This document shows, in pieces, positions 1-9,755 of a stretch of DNA of 47,457 nt. Under the pieces are notes generated by a model. That model ran no database searches. It saw only the letters and a list, made by a program, of their open reading frames with translations, and had not been told where the DNA came from. The stretch comes from Nemertoderma westbladi (lineage: Eukaryota; Animalia; Xenacoelomorpha), in assembly GCA_032718475.1 (NCBI GenBank), contig JAUCBJ010008931.1, forward strand, positions 1 through 47,457. The letters run 5' to 3'. Within the stretch, counting starts at the first letter, position 1, and every line of letters begins with the position of its first letter. The position numbers and the translations under genes are program-made.

Positions 1-438
1 GCCAAAATTTGCGGATGGACGTGTCTCTTTTTCCCGAGCGGTAAGGTCACTGTACTCGGTAAATCACCTAAAATAAAAAAAATTATTAAGTATATATATA
101 AGCATACTGATTATAAACTAACTTTTATTTCAATCAATAGCCAAACTTATATTATTAACAATCTAGACATAGACTATAGCAAATTAATGAAAACGGTTGG
201 GTTTCATTTTTTAGATAATTATTATAATGTGGAGGTGAAATATGAGCCGGAGATATTTAATAATATTCTTGTGCAGTTTTATCGTCGGGGTAAAACTAGT
301 TCTAATATCATAACATTTTGCGTTTTTTACACACGAAATGTTGTGTGTATGGCAAGACCCGAGATATTTCGAGTATTTTTTCCAAAGTTTTTGAATTTTA
401 TCGGTAATTTAGATAGTCATTTAGGTAGAAATATTTAA
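1..438 (+). CDS. TATA-binding-protein (TBP)-like protein, 5'-partial; frame 1 is open from base 1
   Basis: My translation of frame 1 gives TCLFFPSGKVTVLG...KYEPEIFNNILVQF...ITFCVFYTRNVVCMA. These match the TBP motifs TALIFSSGKMVCTG, YEPELFPGLIYR and IVLLIFVSGKVVLTG in order and approximate spacing. Confidence 0.75.
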   Translation, partial: AKICGWTCLFFPSGKVTVLGKSPKIKKIIKYIYKHTDYKLTFISINSQTYIINNLDIDYSKLMKTVGFHFLDNYYNVEVKYEPEIFNNILVQFYRRGKTSSNIITFCVFYTRNVVCMARPEIFRVFFPKFLNFIGNLDSHLGRNI

Positions 439-1170
439 TTTTTTCATTTTTTGGTGTCAGTTTTAGGTTTGTCCGGTGGGATCTCGTTAGGTTTTTAAAT
501 AAACGTGGATATTACCATTATTCACATTATATATATAACGTGTTTTATCGGTAGTCTTAGGTTGTCAAGGGTGCCGATTTCATTTCTGATGTCAGTTTTA
601 AATTTACATAAATCTAGTCTATCTGTCTTCGGTTTGTCAGTCTTTCTGTCAGTCAGCCAGTCTGTCAAAACTTAAAAAAGTTTGAATTTTATTAGTAATT
701 TGGGTAGTAATATTTAATTAGAAATTTCATAAAAATTTTTCGAAAAATTAAAATGTTCGTTTTTGAAAAATTTAAAAATTTTGAAAGTTTGCCCTTTAGG
801 ATCTCGTTTGGTTTTTAAATGCGGATATTATCATTGTTCCCTTGATATATATATATATATATAATGTGTTTTATTGATGGTCTTGGGTTTTAGGGGGTGC
901 CGATTTCATTTCTGATGTCAGTTTTTACATTTACATAAATCTAGTCTGTCTGTCTGTCGGTCTGTTAAAACTTAAAAAAGTTTGAATTTTATTAGTAATT
1001 TGGGTAGTAATATTTAATTAGAAATTTCATAAAATTTTTCGAAAAATTAAAAGTTTCATTTTTGAATAATTTCGAAATTTTGTAGGTTTGTCCTGTGGGA
1101 TCTCGTTTGGTTTTTTAAACGTGGATTTGCGTTCTTAATTATTGATGTTAGGTTTTAAAGAGTGCCGGTT
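385..1170. repeat. Imperfect tandem repeat, ~300-325 bp unit, about 2.5 copies, starting in the TBP-like ORF 3' end
   Basis: TTTGAATTTTAT..GTAATTT...ATATTTAATT near 390, 681 and 981; GATCTCGTT.GGTTTTT near 480, 800 and 1099; GTGCCGATTTCATTTCTGATGTCAG at 571 and 897. Confidence 0.85.
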
Positions 1171-1299
1171 TCTATAATTGCTCGGTTTTATCGCGTGAAA
1201 AACCCCACCCACGCATATAATCGATACTATTTATAACGGTGGTGGTGTTTTATTACTTACTATTATTGTTCTCGTTTATATAAGTTATTAATATATGTA

Positions 1300-1761
1300 A
1301 TGAAATCACTCAAAGCTTTAATTAAACAATTTGACGGGGATTTAAAGTTCTTATCTAACGCCTCCCCCAACCGTAGAAAAACCTTCTTACGTGTCGGCGG
1401 AACCGACGAACTTATAAGTTTTCTAATTAATATTATTCTAAATGTATTAAATGGTAACGTAAAAATTCCTGAGCAAACAATCGCGAGGTTAAAACGCCAT
1501 AAAAAAACAATACGCGAGATCGCTAAAAAACCAAAAGCCAAGTATCCCATTCGAATTTATCGTAAACGATTGGTGCAAAGGGGCGGATTTATAAATCTAC
1601 TAATCTCTGGTTTAATGAGTGGGCTTAACGCTTATCAGAAAATATCACCCATAATAACGGCTGTAAGAGGCAGAAAATTAGCCCAATCCCGCCGGGGGTA
1701 TAGACCTACTACCTCTGGCACACGCGTCAACCGTCAAGTTTCTAGGTTTCCCATCTACTGA
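1300..1761 (+). CDS. Conserved small basic Polinton virion protein with a QxGG/F adenain-type cleavage site
   Basis: LISFLINIILNVLNGNV...LKRHKKTIREIA...LVQRGGFINLLI pattern, typical of the Polinton ORF next to the ATPase. Confidence 0.7.
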   Translation: MKSLKALIKQFDGDLKFLSNASPNRRKTFLRVGGTDELISFLINIILNVLNGNVKIPEQTIARLKRHKKTIREIAKKPKAKYPIRIYRKRLVQRGGFINLLISGLMSGLNAYQKISPIITAVRGRKLAQSRRGYRPTTSGTRVNRQVSRFPIY

Positions 1762-1778
1762 GTGGCTACCTATCAACA

Positions 1779-2489
1779 ATGTCCCGAGAGCCGACGATAT
1801 CGCGGGAACCAATCACATCATACGACGCCTCTTTCAAGATGGGTTCGGCCATGATTATTGCGGGTCCAAGTTCTTCCGGAAAAACAGTGTTGGTATCAAA
1901 AATTGTAAAAAATAAAAATTTAGTTTTTGATATAACCCCGAAGCGTGTATTATTCTTTTACGGCGCCACCCCACCAGAATTCCCGGGTATAACACATCTA
2001 TTCAAAGGTTTACCGCAAAAAATTAATTCTATTTTCCGCGAAAACGATCTAATTATTATAGACGACTTGTTAAGCGAAAGTAAGAGTGATGAGAGTTTGA
2101 CAGAAAGCTTCACAAAAACCTGCCATCATACCTCCTGTTTCATTATCTATATAACACAAAATTTCTTCAGTAAAGGGGCGGAAACACGGACTAGAAGTCT
2201 AAATGCCCAATATTGTATTTTCACAAAAAATCCCCGCGACGCAAGTCAAATAAGCTATATAGCGCGGCAAGTGTACCCAAAAAATAGCAATTTTATTGTT
2301 CAAGCATATAGTGACGCCACACAAAAACCATTCACACACCTTCTCTTAGACTTTCATCAAAAAACGGATGATAGTATAAGAGTTAGGGGTGATATTTTCA
2401 ACCCATTAGGGCAAACTGTTTATCAACCCGCGAATATGAACTCTAACACACCTCACCAACGCCCCGAGGCCCAGTCTATACCGCAGTAG
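1779..2489 (+). CDS. DNA packaging ATPase (A32/FtsK-HerA-like)
   Basis: Walker A GPSSSGKT, Walker B LIIIDD, ITQN, RTRSLNAQY, KNPRD. Confidence 0.93.
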   Translation: MSREPTISREPITSYDASFKMGSAMIIAGPSSSGKTVLVSKIVKNKNLVFDITPKRVLFFYGATPPEFPGITHLFKGLPQKINSIFRENDLIIIDDLLSESKSDESLTESFTKTCHHTSCFIIYITQNFFSKGAETRTRSLNAQYCIFTKNPRDASQISYIARQVYPKNSNFIVQAYSDATQKPFTHLLLDFHQKTDDSIRVRGDIFNPLGQTVYQPANMNSNTPHQRPEAQSIPQ

Positions 2490-2609
2490 CGACGCCGTGC
2501 TAAAACCATTTTCACACATTTTTAGACTTTCACCGAAATTAGGTTATTATCGGTCCATGAACGTGAACTCTAGTATATAGTATTAATATATTAATAATGA
2601 TATATAACG

Positions 2610-3071
2610 ATGAAAAATAACGAGATTAGCCTCGGAAATTTTAAGAAGTTGTATCTAGTTTCTACTTTATTAACGGATACTTATAATAATAATAATAAGA
2701 AAAGCAATAATATAATACAACCGCTAGATGGTGTGACAATTTCATCCCAGAAAGCCAAACGATTGTTGAGTTATTTGATGCGATTCTCGCGAGACAGAGT
2801 GCGGTGGAACGATAATAATAAACTCTATATAGAAAATAAACTTATTCCCGGAGCAAATATTGATCATTTGATTGAATTGCTGACTACAAAAAAAAATAAG
2901 AAAAACACCGAAATAATTCCAGGACAAGCAACATTTTTGGGGTTATTAAAACGATTAAGGATACCAAAACGATTAATTGGTCGCGGTTGGTTGAAACGGC
3001 AAAGGGTCCGCGTGACCCCTTCCAACACAAAACGCGCCGACGCGTGGAAACAATACGTAGGACTACAATAA
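2610..3071 (+). CDS. Conserved Polinton hypothetical protein
   Basis: AKRLLSYL...RWND...IPGANIDHL...PGQATFL...IPKRLIG pattern, as seen in Polinton ORFs upstream of the integrase. Confidence 0.6.
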   Translation: MKNNEISLGNFKKLYLVSTLLTDTYNNNNKKSNNIIQPLDGVTISSQKAKRLLSYLMRFSRDRVRWNDNNKLYIENKLIPGANIDHLIELLTTKKNKKNTEIIPGQATFLGLLKRLRIPKRLIGRGWLKRQRVRVTPSNTKRADAWKQYVGLQ

Positions 3072-3195
3072 ATCGACGTGTGGAAACAAAGCGCAGGATA
3101 ACATTAAAATAGTAGTAGTAGTATGTTTTTTGAACGTTTCATATTAAGTATTAACTGTCATTGCAAGTGTTTTCTTCCACGACACGACACAACCG

Positions 3196-4281
3196 ATGGG
3201 GAGAATCGTAGAAAATCGAACAAACAAACGACTGGGAAGAATATATTACGATGTTTCAAATGCTGCCGGTTTCGCGAGCGTAACCAAACTAGCGAAAGCC
3301 GCTAAAGTTACGAGAAATCGCGCAAAAGAATGGTTGAGCTCCCAACGAACGTATTCCCTACACGCGCCGGCTAGGCGCCATTACCCGACATCAAAAATCT
3401 TCACGAGCGGTATTGGTGATCAATACCAAGCGGATTTGTGCGATATGCAACCTTTTAGGGGTGAGAATAATGGCTACGGTTACATACTTACTTGTATTGA
3501 CTGTTTTAGTCGGAAGGCGTGGGCGTTGGGTCTAAAACGTAAAACAGGGGTCGAAATTAAAAGGGCCCTAGCCGCGATATTTAAAGATAGAAAACCTAAA
3601 CGGCTAGCGGTTGATCAAGGAACTGAGTTTGTTAATAAATTGGTGAAAGATTTCTTACTGAACAATAATGTTCATTTTTATACTTTAGTTAGCCAATTTA
3701 AAGCTAGTATCTGTGAAAGGCTGAATCGCACCCTCAAATCTCGCATGTACAGAATTTTCACGAGGAAACAGAATAGAGAATGGATGGGTATATTGCCAAA
3801 AATATTGGTTGCATATAATAATTCAATACATAGAACCATTGGTATGGCGCCAAACTCTGTCAATAAAAAGAATGAAACTGACCTATTTTTAAAACTATAT
3901 GGGAGTGTGGGTCATCCCAATAAAAGAAAACGCCGTGCGCAGCGTCGAGTTCATTTCAAGGTTGGTGATAAGGTGCGGCTGAGTTTAGCTAGAAAGCCAT
4001 TTGACAAAGGTTATACACCTAATTATACTGTAGAAATTTTCAAAATCTACAGAATAAGATTGGATCGAGAGCCGTACCCTATGTACGAAGTTGCGGACTC
4101 GAATGGGCGCGTTATAAAGGGGACATTTTATCGGCATGAAATCCAAAAGGTAATAGAACCATTTCAATTCCTACCAATTGAAAAAATAATTAAAGAAAAA
4201 GTAAATAAAAGCGGCAAAAAGCAATATTTGGTTAAATTTGTTGGTTTTGCGGCACATCGGTGGGTTGATCACGTACAATAA
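3196..4281 (+). CDS. Retroviral-like (RVE) integrase with C-terminal chromodomain-like tail
   Basis: DDE triad in QADLCD, AVDQGTEF and ICERLNRTLK. YNNSIHRTIGMAP motif. Tail IEKIIKEK...QYLVKFVGF. Confidence 0.95.
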   Translation: MGRIVENRTNKRLGRIYYDVSNAAGFASVTKLAKAAKVTRNRAKEWLSSQRTYSLHAPARRHYPTSKIFTSGIGDQYQADLCDMQPFRGENNGYGYILTCIDCFSRKAWALGLKRKTGVEIKRALAAIFKDRKPKRLAVDQGTEFVNKLVKDFLLNNNVHFYTLVSQFKASICERLNRTLKSRMYRIFTRKQNREWMGILPKILVAYNNSIHRTIGMAPNSVNKKNETDLFLKLYGSVGHPNKRKRRAQRRVHFKVGDKVRLSLARKPFDKGYTPNYTVEIFKIYRIRLDREPYPMYEVADSNGRVIKGTFYRHEIQKVIEPFQFLPIEKIIKEKVNKSGKKQYLVKFVGFAAHRWVDHVQ

Positions 4282-4303
4282 TTAATTATATAATTATATT
4301 ATT

Positions 4304-5188
4304 ATGGATTACTTACATTTAACGTTGACTTCCAACGCCAGTCTAGATAAATATCCTGATAACACTCCCAGCGATTTCACGATTGAGTTGTCCAAACCTA
4401 TCCCCGTCAGCACAGATTGGGTCGTGGGTCTAAAGGAAATACAGTATGTGTCGACCTATAGAAATATTGAACAAAGATCTGGAATTAGAATTGGTGAATA
4501 TATGGTTGATGAGGATTTGGAATTTCATATAGCTCCATACAATCTTATAGAAATCGATTTTAATCTTGGTCTATATGCTTCTATTGAGTCAATTTTAAAC
4601 CATATTAGTGTTTATTTGAAAAATCCCACAATATCCCACCACGGTTTCAAAGATGTTAAGTTTAACTACCAAAAACATACATCAAAAATTCGTCTACATT
4701 GTGAGAAAGGCCGCTATTTCCAATTCTATGGAGATATAATAAATATTTTCGGGTTATCGAGTTTAAAAAATAATTTAATGGGCCTTGGGGCGCTTTGGGC
4801 AATACACTATAACAAAGATGATGATTTATTGAACTTAGGCTGTAAAGATACAAACAAAGCGGATGGAGTTGAATTCCCCGAACCTTGCGATATAACGAGG
4901 GATAGACACACAATGTTTATATATACTGATATGATTGAATCTTCTCACGTAGGACATTCGATGGCGCCTCTTTTGCGGATAATCCCTTTGAAATGGGAAC
5001 CATACTCATTCATCAACCTGGAATTCAAAAACACACATTACAAACAATTAAGAAATAAAAAAGTGCTCGACACAATTAGTATAACGCTTCGCGACCATAA
5101 AGGAAAGCATATAGTCTTTCATGGGGGTAAAACAATTTTAGTTCTAGAACTCAAAAAACAACAACGGCGACAAAAACTACAAGAATGA
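4304..5188 (+). CDS. Minor capsid (penton-like) protein, paralogue 1
   Basis: LTLTSNAS..YPDNT.SDF...WVVGLKEI and FIYTDMIE..VG...PLLRI...ISITLRD..G..I.F..G..ILVLE. Confidence 0.85.
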   Translation: MDYLHLTLTSNASLDKYPDNTPSDFTIELSKPIPVSTDWVVGLKEIQYVSTYRNIEQRSGIRIGEYMVDEDLEFHIAPYNLIEIDFNLGLYASIESILNHISVYLKNPTISHHGFKDVKFNYQKHTSKIRLHCEKGRYFQFYGDIINIFGLSSLKNNLMGLGALWAIHYNKDDDLLNLGCKDTNKADGVEFPEPCDITRDRHTMFIYTDMIESSHVGHSMAPLLRIIPLKWEPYSFINLEFKNTHYKQLRNKKVLDTISITLRDHKGKHIVFHGGKTILVLELKKQQRRQKLQE

Positions 5189-5988
5189 ACAGTTATTACG
5201 TTGTACTACCCTCAAACGCAAACCCCATAGAATTCCCGCGTAATAGCGCCGCCGATTTCCAAACAAATTTGCAAATTCCTTTACCTTTCGCTAAAGGGCA
5301 ATGGTTAATAGGTTTAACCGGTATAACGTACGTATCTAGTATCAGGTATGACAATAGCGACATTTATATAAAGGCCATAAAAAATAAAAAAATGTTTACA
5401 AGAGATGTTACTCTCCCCGAAGGATCTTTCCTATCATTGGAAAGGATCATTGAGTACTTCAACAAAAGCCTTATTAAAGGCCAAATTAATATAATTGATA
5501 ATACAGCACGCTCTGGTAATATAACCATACATTTTAAAGGTAAACAGTTGTCGATATTTGTCAGTAAACGTTTGGGTGGTTACCTAGGATTAACAGAACA
5601 CGAGGTTGATGGCAAAGGTTTTATGTGTGTGCAAAATGCTGCGGGGGATTATCACTTGCTAAGGATTGATTCGCGGAATAATAAGTACGACTGCCATAAG
5701 CATCCTAATGCTGTCGAAATACTGGAACCCAACATAAATATACATATCAATTGCGTCGAACCTCAATTTGTAGACAATAGCGAATACCCTCTGTTGCGTA
5801 GCATACCCATAGAAGGGGAATATGGGCAAATTATTAGTCGTGAAGTTGAGGAAGTCTACTATAAAAAAGTTAATTCAACATCTAATTTACGTTATATACG
5901 AGTTCGATTGATTGGAGATTCCGGAAATTTGTTGCGCTTTCATTATGGAAATTCAATATTGACGCTTCATTTTATACGAATTGATTGA
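5185..5988 (+). CDS. Minor capsid (penton-like) protein, paralogue 2
   Basis: YYVVLPSNA..FPRN.AADF...WLIGL and VEPQFV...PLLRSI...IRVRL..DSG..LRF.YG.SILTLHF. ATGA overlap with paralogue 1. Confidence 0.85.
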   Translation: MNSYYVVLPSNANPIEFPRNSAADFQTNLQIPLPFAKGQWLIGLTGITYVSSIRYDNSDIYIKAIKNKKMFTRDVTLPEGSFLSLERIIEYFNKSLIKGQINIIDNTARSGNITIHFKGKQLSIFVSKRLGGYLGLTEHEVDGKGFMCVQNAAGDYHLLRIDSRNNKYDCHKHPNAVEILEPNINIHINCVEPQFVDNSEYPLLRSIPIEGEYGQIISREVEEVYYKKVNSTSNLRYIRVRLIGDSGNLLRFHYGNSILTLHFIRID

Positions 5989-6062
5989 GATAGTCACAAT
6001 TTAATCGATGTAAATTATTTATTATTTATTATTATCTGATTATCTGAAGTTATAGCGACTAT

Positions 6063-6659
6063 ATGGATAAATTTCTAAGTCGCAGCCGTGGGCGTGATTA
6101 TTACCCGACGCTGGAAAACCCGGGAATAATAGTAGATTTCCAATATTATACGCATCTTCCGCAGATCGACCAACACCCCGTTGCAACCATTTATTTTAAA
6201 GAGTTTGCGGCTTATAATACTACCATCAAATCATTAGAAAACGTATGGTTTATTAATGGTCCACCTGCAAAAATTTTAAGTTTAAGCGAATACGACCGTC
6301 TCACACAACTCGCCAATATTACGCATCACATTAATTTTGACTACGGATTTATGGACCAAAGCGCATTTAAAATGTACATACAGGAATGGTTACAAGAAAA
6401 AAAACGGTTGGGGTTTCAAATATTAATACGCGGAATACCGAAATTATTTATTTTAAAAAATGAATTTAATGTGAATGGAACACTTCTAGAAACGTACGGC
6501 ATAAACGAAAAATATGTTGATTATGACACCAAATGCCTTTTTCACGATTTTTCGGCAATAACAAATTGTGCCTACCATTCTGATAATAGTGATTTTTGTT
6601 TTAATTATTGTTCTGCGAAACTCGCGGTTGGTTATGGGAAATGGTTGTCGTCGAATTAA
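6063..6659 (+). CDS. DEDD/DnaQ-fold (Maelstrom-like) putative nuclease
   Basis: IIVDFQ, YFKEFAA, GPP, THHINFDYG, IRGIPK, LETYG, and C-terminal CAYH...YCS giving an E-C-H-C-like zinc motif. Confidence 0.55.
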   Translation: MDKFLSRSRGRDYYPTLENPGIIVDFQYYTHLPQIDQHPVATIYFKEFAAYNTTIKSLENVWFINGPPAKILSLSEYDRLTQLANITHHINFDYGFMDQSAFKMYIQEWLQEKKRLGFQILIRGIPKLFILKNEFNVNGTLLETYGINEKYVDYDTKCLFHDFSAITNCAYHSDNSDFCFNYCSAKLAVGYGKWLSSN

Positions 6660-6919
6660 TGTATATATAATTAATTATTGCGTTATTATATGCTACTTAT
6701 ATTTGTAGATTACACATATATGTATGTAGTAAAGAATTATTATTATATGTTATAATAAATACTCCAGCGAAACTCGCGGTTGGTTATGGAAAATGGTTGT
6801 CGTCGAATTAATGTATATATAATTAATTATTGCGTTATTATATGCTACTTATATTTGTAGATTACACATATACGTATGTAGTAAAGAATTATTATTATTA
6901 TATGTTATAATAAATACTC
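6615..6919. repeat. Near-perfect ~152 bp tandem duplication
   Basis: 6615-6764 and 6767-6919 are almost identical and cover the ORF 3' end plus the AT-rich spacer. Confidence 0.95.
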
Positions 6920-6925
6920 ATAATA

Positions 6926-7453
6926 ATGTCAGATTCTGATTTGTTTAAATTATATAGCACCCCACAAATCCAACTGGGAAGCGGGAATTATAGCGATATA
7001 CCCGTTTTTAAGGGTGGAAGCATTCTCCCGGGGTTTGGCCCATCTACTGGTATATGGAATAATAAGAATAATAAATTCGGGCGGCGATACACCCAAAATC
7101 GCCAGCGCGGACGCGGAATATTAACAACTGGTCTGGGTATATTAGCCCGCAAGTTAGGGAGAAAGGTGCTAACTAAGGCACTCCCCAAAGCAGCGAAAGT
7201 AGCACGGAAATACATAATACCGGAAGGAAAACGTATTTTACGCAGTAAAGCAGATGATTTGATAAATAAAGTGGCCGAGCGGTTAGAACCTCATCCAAAG
7301 ACTCGCCAAATCGCCCAACGGGTATACAATGAATTTACAAACCCGAAAAGTAAAAAAAAGAGGAGCAGGAAACGACGACACCCAAGTGTGGGTATGAACG
7401 TTGGGCGCAAACGTAAAAAGCGAAATAATAAATGCCGCGATATTTTTATGTAA
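6926..7453 (+). CDS. Basic virion core protein (adenovirus pVII-like role) with adenain-type sites
   Basis: QLGSG, PVFKGG and QRGRGI motifs, K/R-rich tail, C-terminal DIF. Lies directly upstream of the major capsid gene. Confidence 0.75.
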   Translation: MSDSDLFKLYSTPQIQLGSGNYSDIPVFKGGSILPGFGPSTGIWNNKNNKFGRRYTQNRQRGRGILTTGLGILARKLGRKVLTKALPKAAKVARKYIIPEGKRILRSKADDLINKVAERLEPHPKTRQIAQRVYNEFTNPKSKKKRSRKRRHPSVGMNVGRKRKKRNNKCRDIFM

Positions 7454-7462
7454 CTTAACAAA

Positions 7463-8713
7463 ATGAGTAAATTAGAATTATCATTATTCTCAAGTAAAAC
7501 AAATCAGCGAGAATATACATCTTCACATTTTTCGGATATCTACCCGATTTCTACTCTTGACGCGAATGCCCGACAAATCGAGTTCTTTATACCCCAGTCA
7601 AATGTTCTATATACTGATTTAAAGAATTCGAAATTTCACATTAAATATAAAATTACATGGGATGGTAATAGGGCTAACGACGATACAACCCTCCACCATC
7701 TTAATTACCCGGGTGGGTCACTATTTGAAAATTGTTCGTTATATTTAAATGAAAAGCTAGTTGAAACCTCGAATGGGTTCTACGCCTATAAGTCTACGTT
7801 TCAGACATTACTGTTGACAGATGCTAACGAAAAACGCAGTATTTTAAGAGCTGGTGGGTATGAAGATACTGATAATAATCTAGGTGGGGTACCTGTCGCT
7901 ACTGAGAATGACGTTCGCGGGAATTATGTTAAATTCGTTGTGGCCCCAATTTTTTTAGACCTGGCAAGCCAGGACAAATTACTGCCGCCGGGAATTAACA
8001 TTCGACTTCGTATAGACCGAGTATCGAATAATTTTTTTTTGAAAGTTGAACCCCCCGCAGGATTGGTAAACCCAAGAGTTGAAATCATGAATATTAATTT
8101 AAAAATAAAACGCCACAAGATTGATGCCGAGGTTATGCGTGCGCATTTGTTGGGGTCACAAAAAAATGACTTTATTTATAACTTGTTAAAACAAGAAGTG
8201 AAAACCTTCACTATTGGTGGCGGGCAGTCCAGTTATACAGAATCGAACATAATCCAAGGAAAATTACCTAAGTATATTTTGGTTGGAATGCTTACCAACG
8301 CCAGCTTCAACGGGGAATTAAGCAGTAATCCGCTACATTTTAACCATTTCGGTTTAAATTATGCCGAACTAAACATCGACTCCCGTATTATACACGGATA
8401 TCCATATCGCCCTAATTTTCTGGAAAACAATTTTATGTTGGAATTCGAAAGTTTAATGAACGTGTTCAAGAGCTTGAGTGGCGTATTTTGCTCGCTAACA
8501 CCTGAACGGTTTCGTACCCAATTTCCTTTGATCGTATTCGATCTTACTGCGGGAGGCGACCAAAGCCATGAGATTCAACCTAGTATTCATACAAGCGGGC
8601 ATTTGATTCTGAAATTTAGTAATGCACTAGATAACACTATTAACGTTATATTAATGGCAAGCTATGACGCTCTTCTATCTATTTCGGAAGCCAAGGAAAT
8701 AATAACTGAATAA
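7463..8713 (+). CDS. Major capsid protein (double jelly-roll)
   Basis: KLELSLF, IEFFI, YTDL, SLFENCSLYLN, YAYK, LLPPGINIRLR, GKLPKYILVG, FNG...NPLHFNHF. Confidence 0.9.
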   Translation: MSKLELSLFSSKTNQREYTSSHFSDIYPISTLDANARQIEFFIPQSNVLYTDLKNSKFHIKYKITWDGNRANDDTTLHHLNYPGGSLFENCSLYLNEKLVETSNGFYAYKSTFQTLLLTDANEKRSILRAGGYEDTDNNLGGVPVATENDVRGNYVKFVVAPIFLDLASQDKLLPPGINIRLRIDRVSNNFFLKVEPPAGLVNPRVEIMNINLKIKRHKIDAEVMRAHLLGSQKNDFIYNLLKQEVKTFTIGGGQSSYTESNIIQGKLPKYILVGMLTNASFNGELSSNPLHFNHFGLNYAELNIDSRIIHGYPYRPNFLENNFMLEFESLMNVFKSLSGVFCSLTPERFRTQFPLIVFDLTAGGDQSHEIQPSIHTSGHLILKFSNALDNTINVILMASYDALLSISEAKEIITE

Positions 8714-8777
8714 ATAAAGATCTCGCATAGTACAAAGTAAGCGAAGCCGCGCCGCCTGTGGATACGTGCACGCTAAG

Positions 8778-9221
8778 ATGTTGGACTCTATACAATTAGC
8801 GAAATTCCCGGTGGGGCCCGAATACATTGGTGTTTACGCAATCGACCAATTACACCTAATACATGCAAAAAAAAAATATAAGCATAAACAAAATTATTCA
8901 TTTATTATTAATAATCAACGTATAGGCCTACCTGGGCAACACTGGTCTTGCATACGCGTGGTTAAGAGAATTGCTTATTATTTAGATTCGTTTGGTAAAG
9001 CTCCTCCGCCAAAAATATCATATTGGTTGCATAAATATACCCAAAGGCATACTTGGAATCGTAAAATGTTTCAAGCGCCGCAATCGACTCAGTGTGGTCT
9101 ATTTTGTCTGTATTATTTAACCGAGGTGCCGAAAAATCCTGGAGCAATGAATATATTCACCTCTAATTTGCGGTACAATGATTTATTGTTATTACTGTGG
9201 ACACTTTCATTAATAAAATAA
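8778..9221 (+). CDS. Adenain-like cysteine protease (capsid maturation)
   Basis: GVYAID, PGQHW (His), YLDSFG (Asp), QAPQSTQCGLFC (Gln/Cys). First ATG at 8778. Confidence 0.92.
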   Translation: MLDSIQLAKFPVGPEYIGVYAIDQLHLIHAKKKYKHKQNYSFIINNQRIGLPGQHWSCIRVVKRIAYYLDSFGKAPPPKISYWLHKYTQRHTWNRKMFQAPQSTQCGLFCLYYLTEVPKNPGAMNIFTSNLRYNDLLLLLWTLSLIK

Positions 9222-9755
9222 TTTATTTATTTCGGTTATGGGTATATTCAATTGTGGTGCGTGAACATATTATTAGCGCTAATATTAATTAATAATAAAT
9301 ATTTATTTCTTGGGTATATAGTAATAGCAATATTTTTAATGAATATATGGGACACGACAAGTGACGCAGGTTGGGGTCTTCACACCGTAATAATTGGTAT
9401 AGAGCACATTGGGACCCAACTCTTTCCGTTATATAACAAGCATCTGCCGTCCAACCTACGCAGTTAACACAAAGGCCAGAATCTCAATCCACGCTACGCA
9501 CATTAGACAATAATTAAACGCTCTAACGACAATCAAAGGTCTGGGTTCAATTTACTCGCATATGTGGCTGGTTTCACAAAAGAAATAAACCATATATAGA
9601 TACGAAGCTGAAGCGTAGATAATTAGCTAGTTCTGTTATAGTTTATTTACTATATTAACATCTGGAATAGCGATACCGAATTCACTTTATTATTAATTAC
9701 ATTATTAAATTATTATAAAGTTACATTATTAAATTATTATAAACAAAAACATATA

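Noticed and set aside
187-438. 83 aa ORF as annotated in the supplied track
   Set aside because: It is only the C-terminal part of a frame that is open from base 1.
9252-9600. 71 aa hydrophobic ORF and a minus-strand CxxC/RING-like fragment
   Set aside because: Non-ATG start, stops in all minus frames and no coherent domain.
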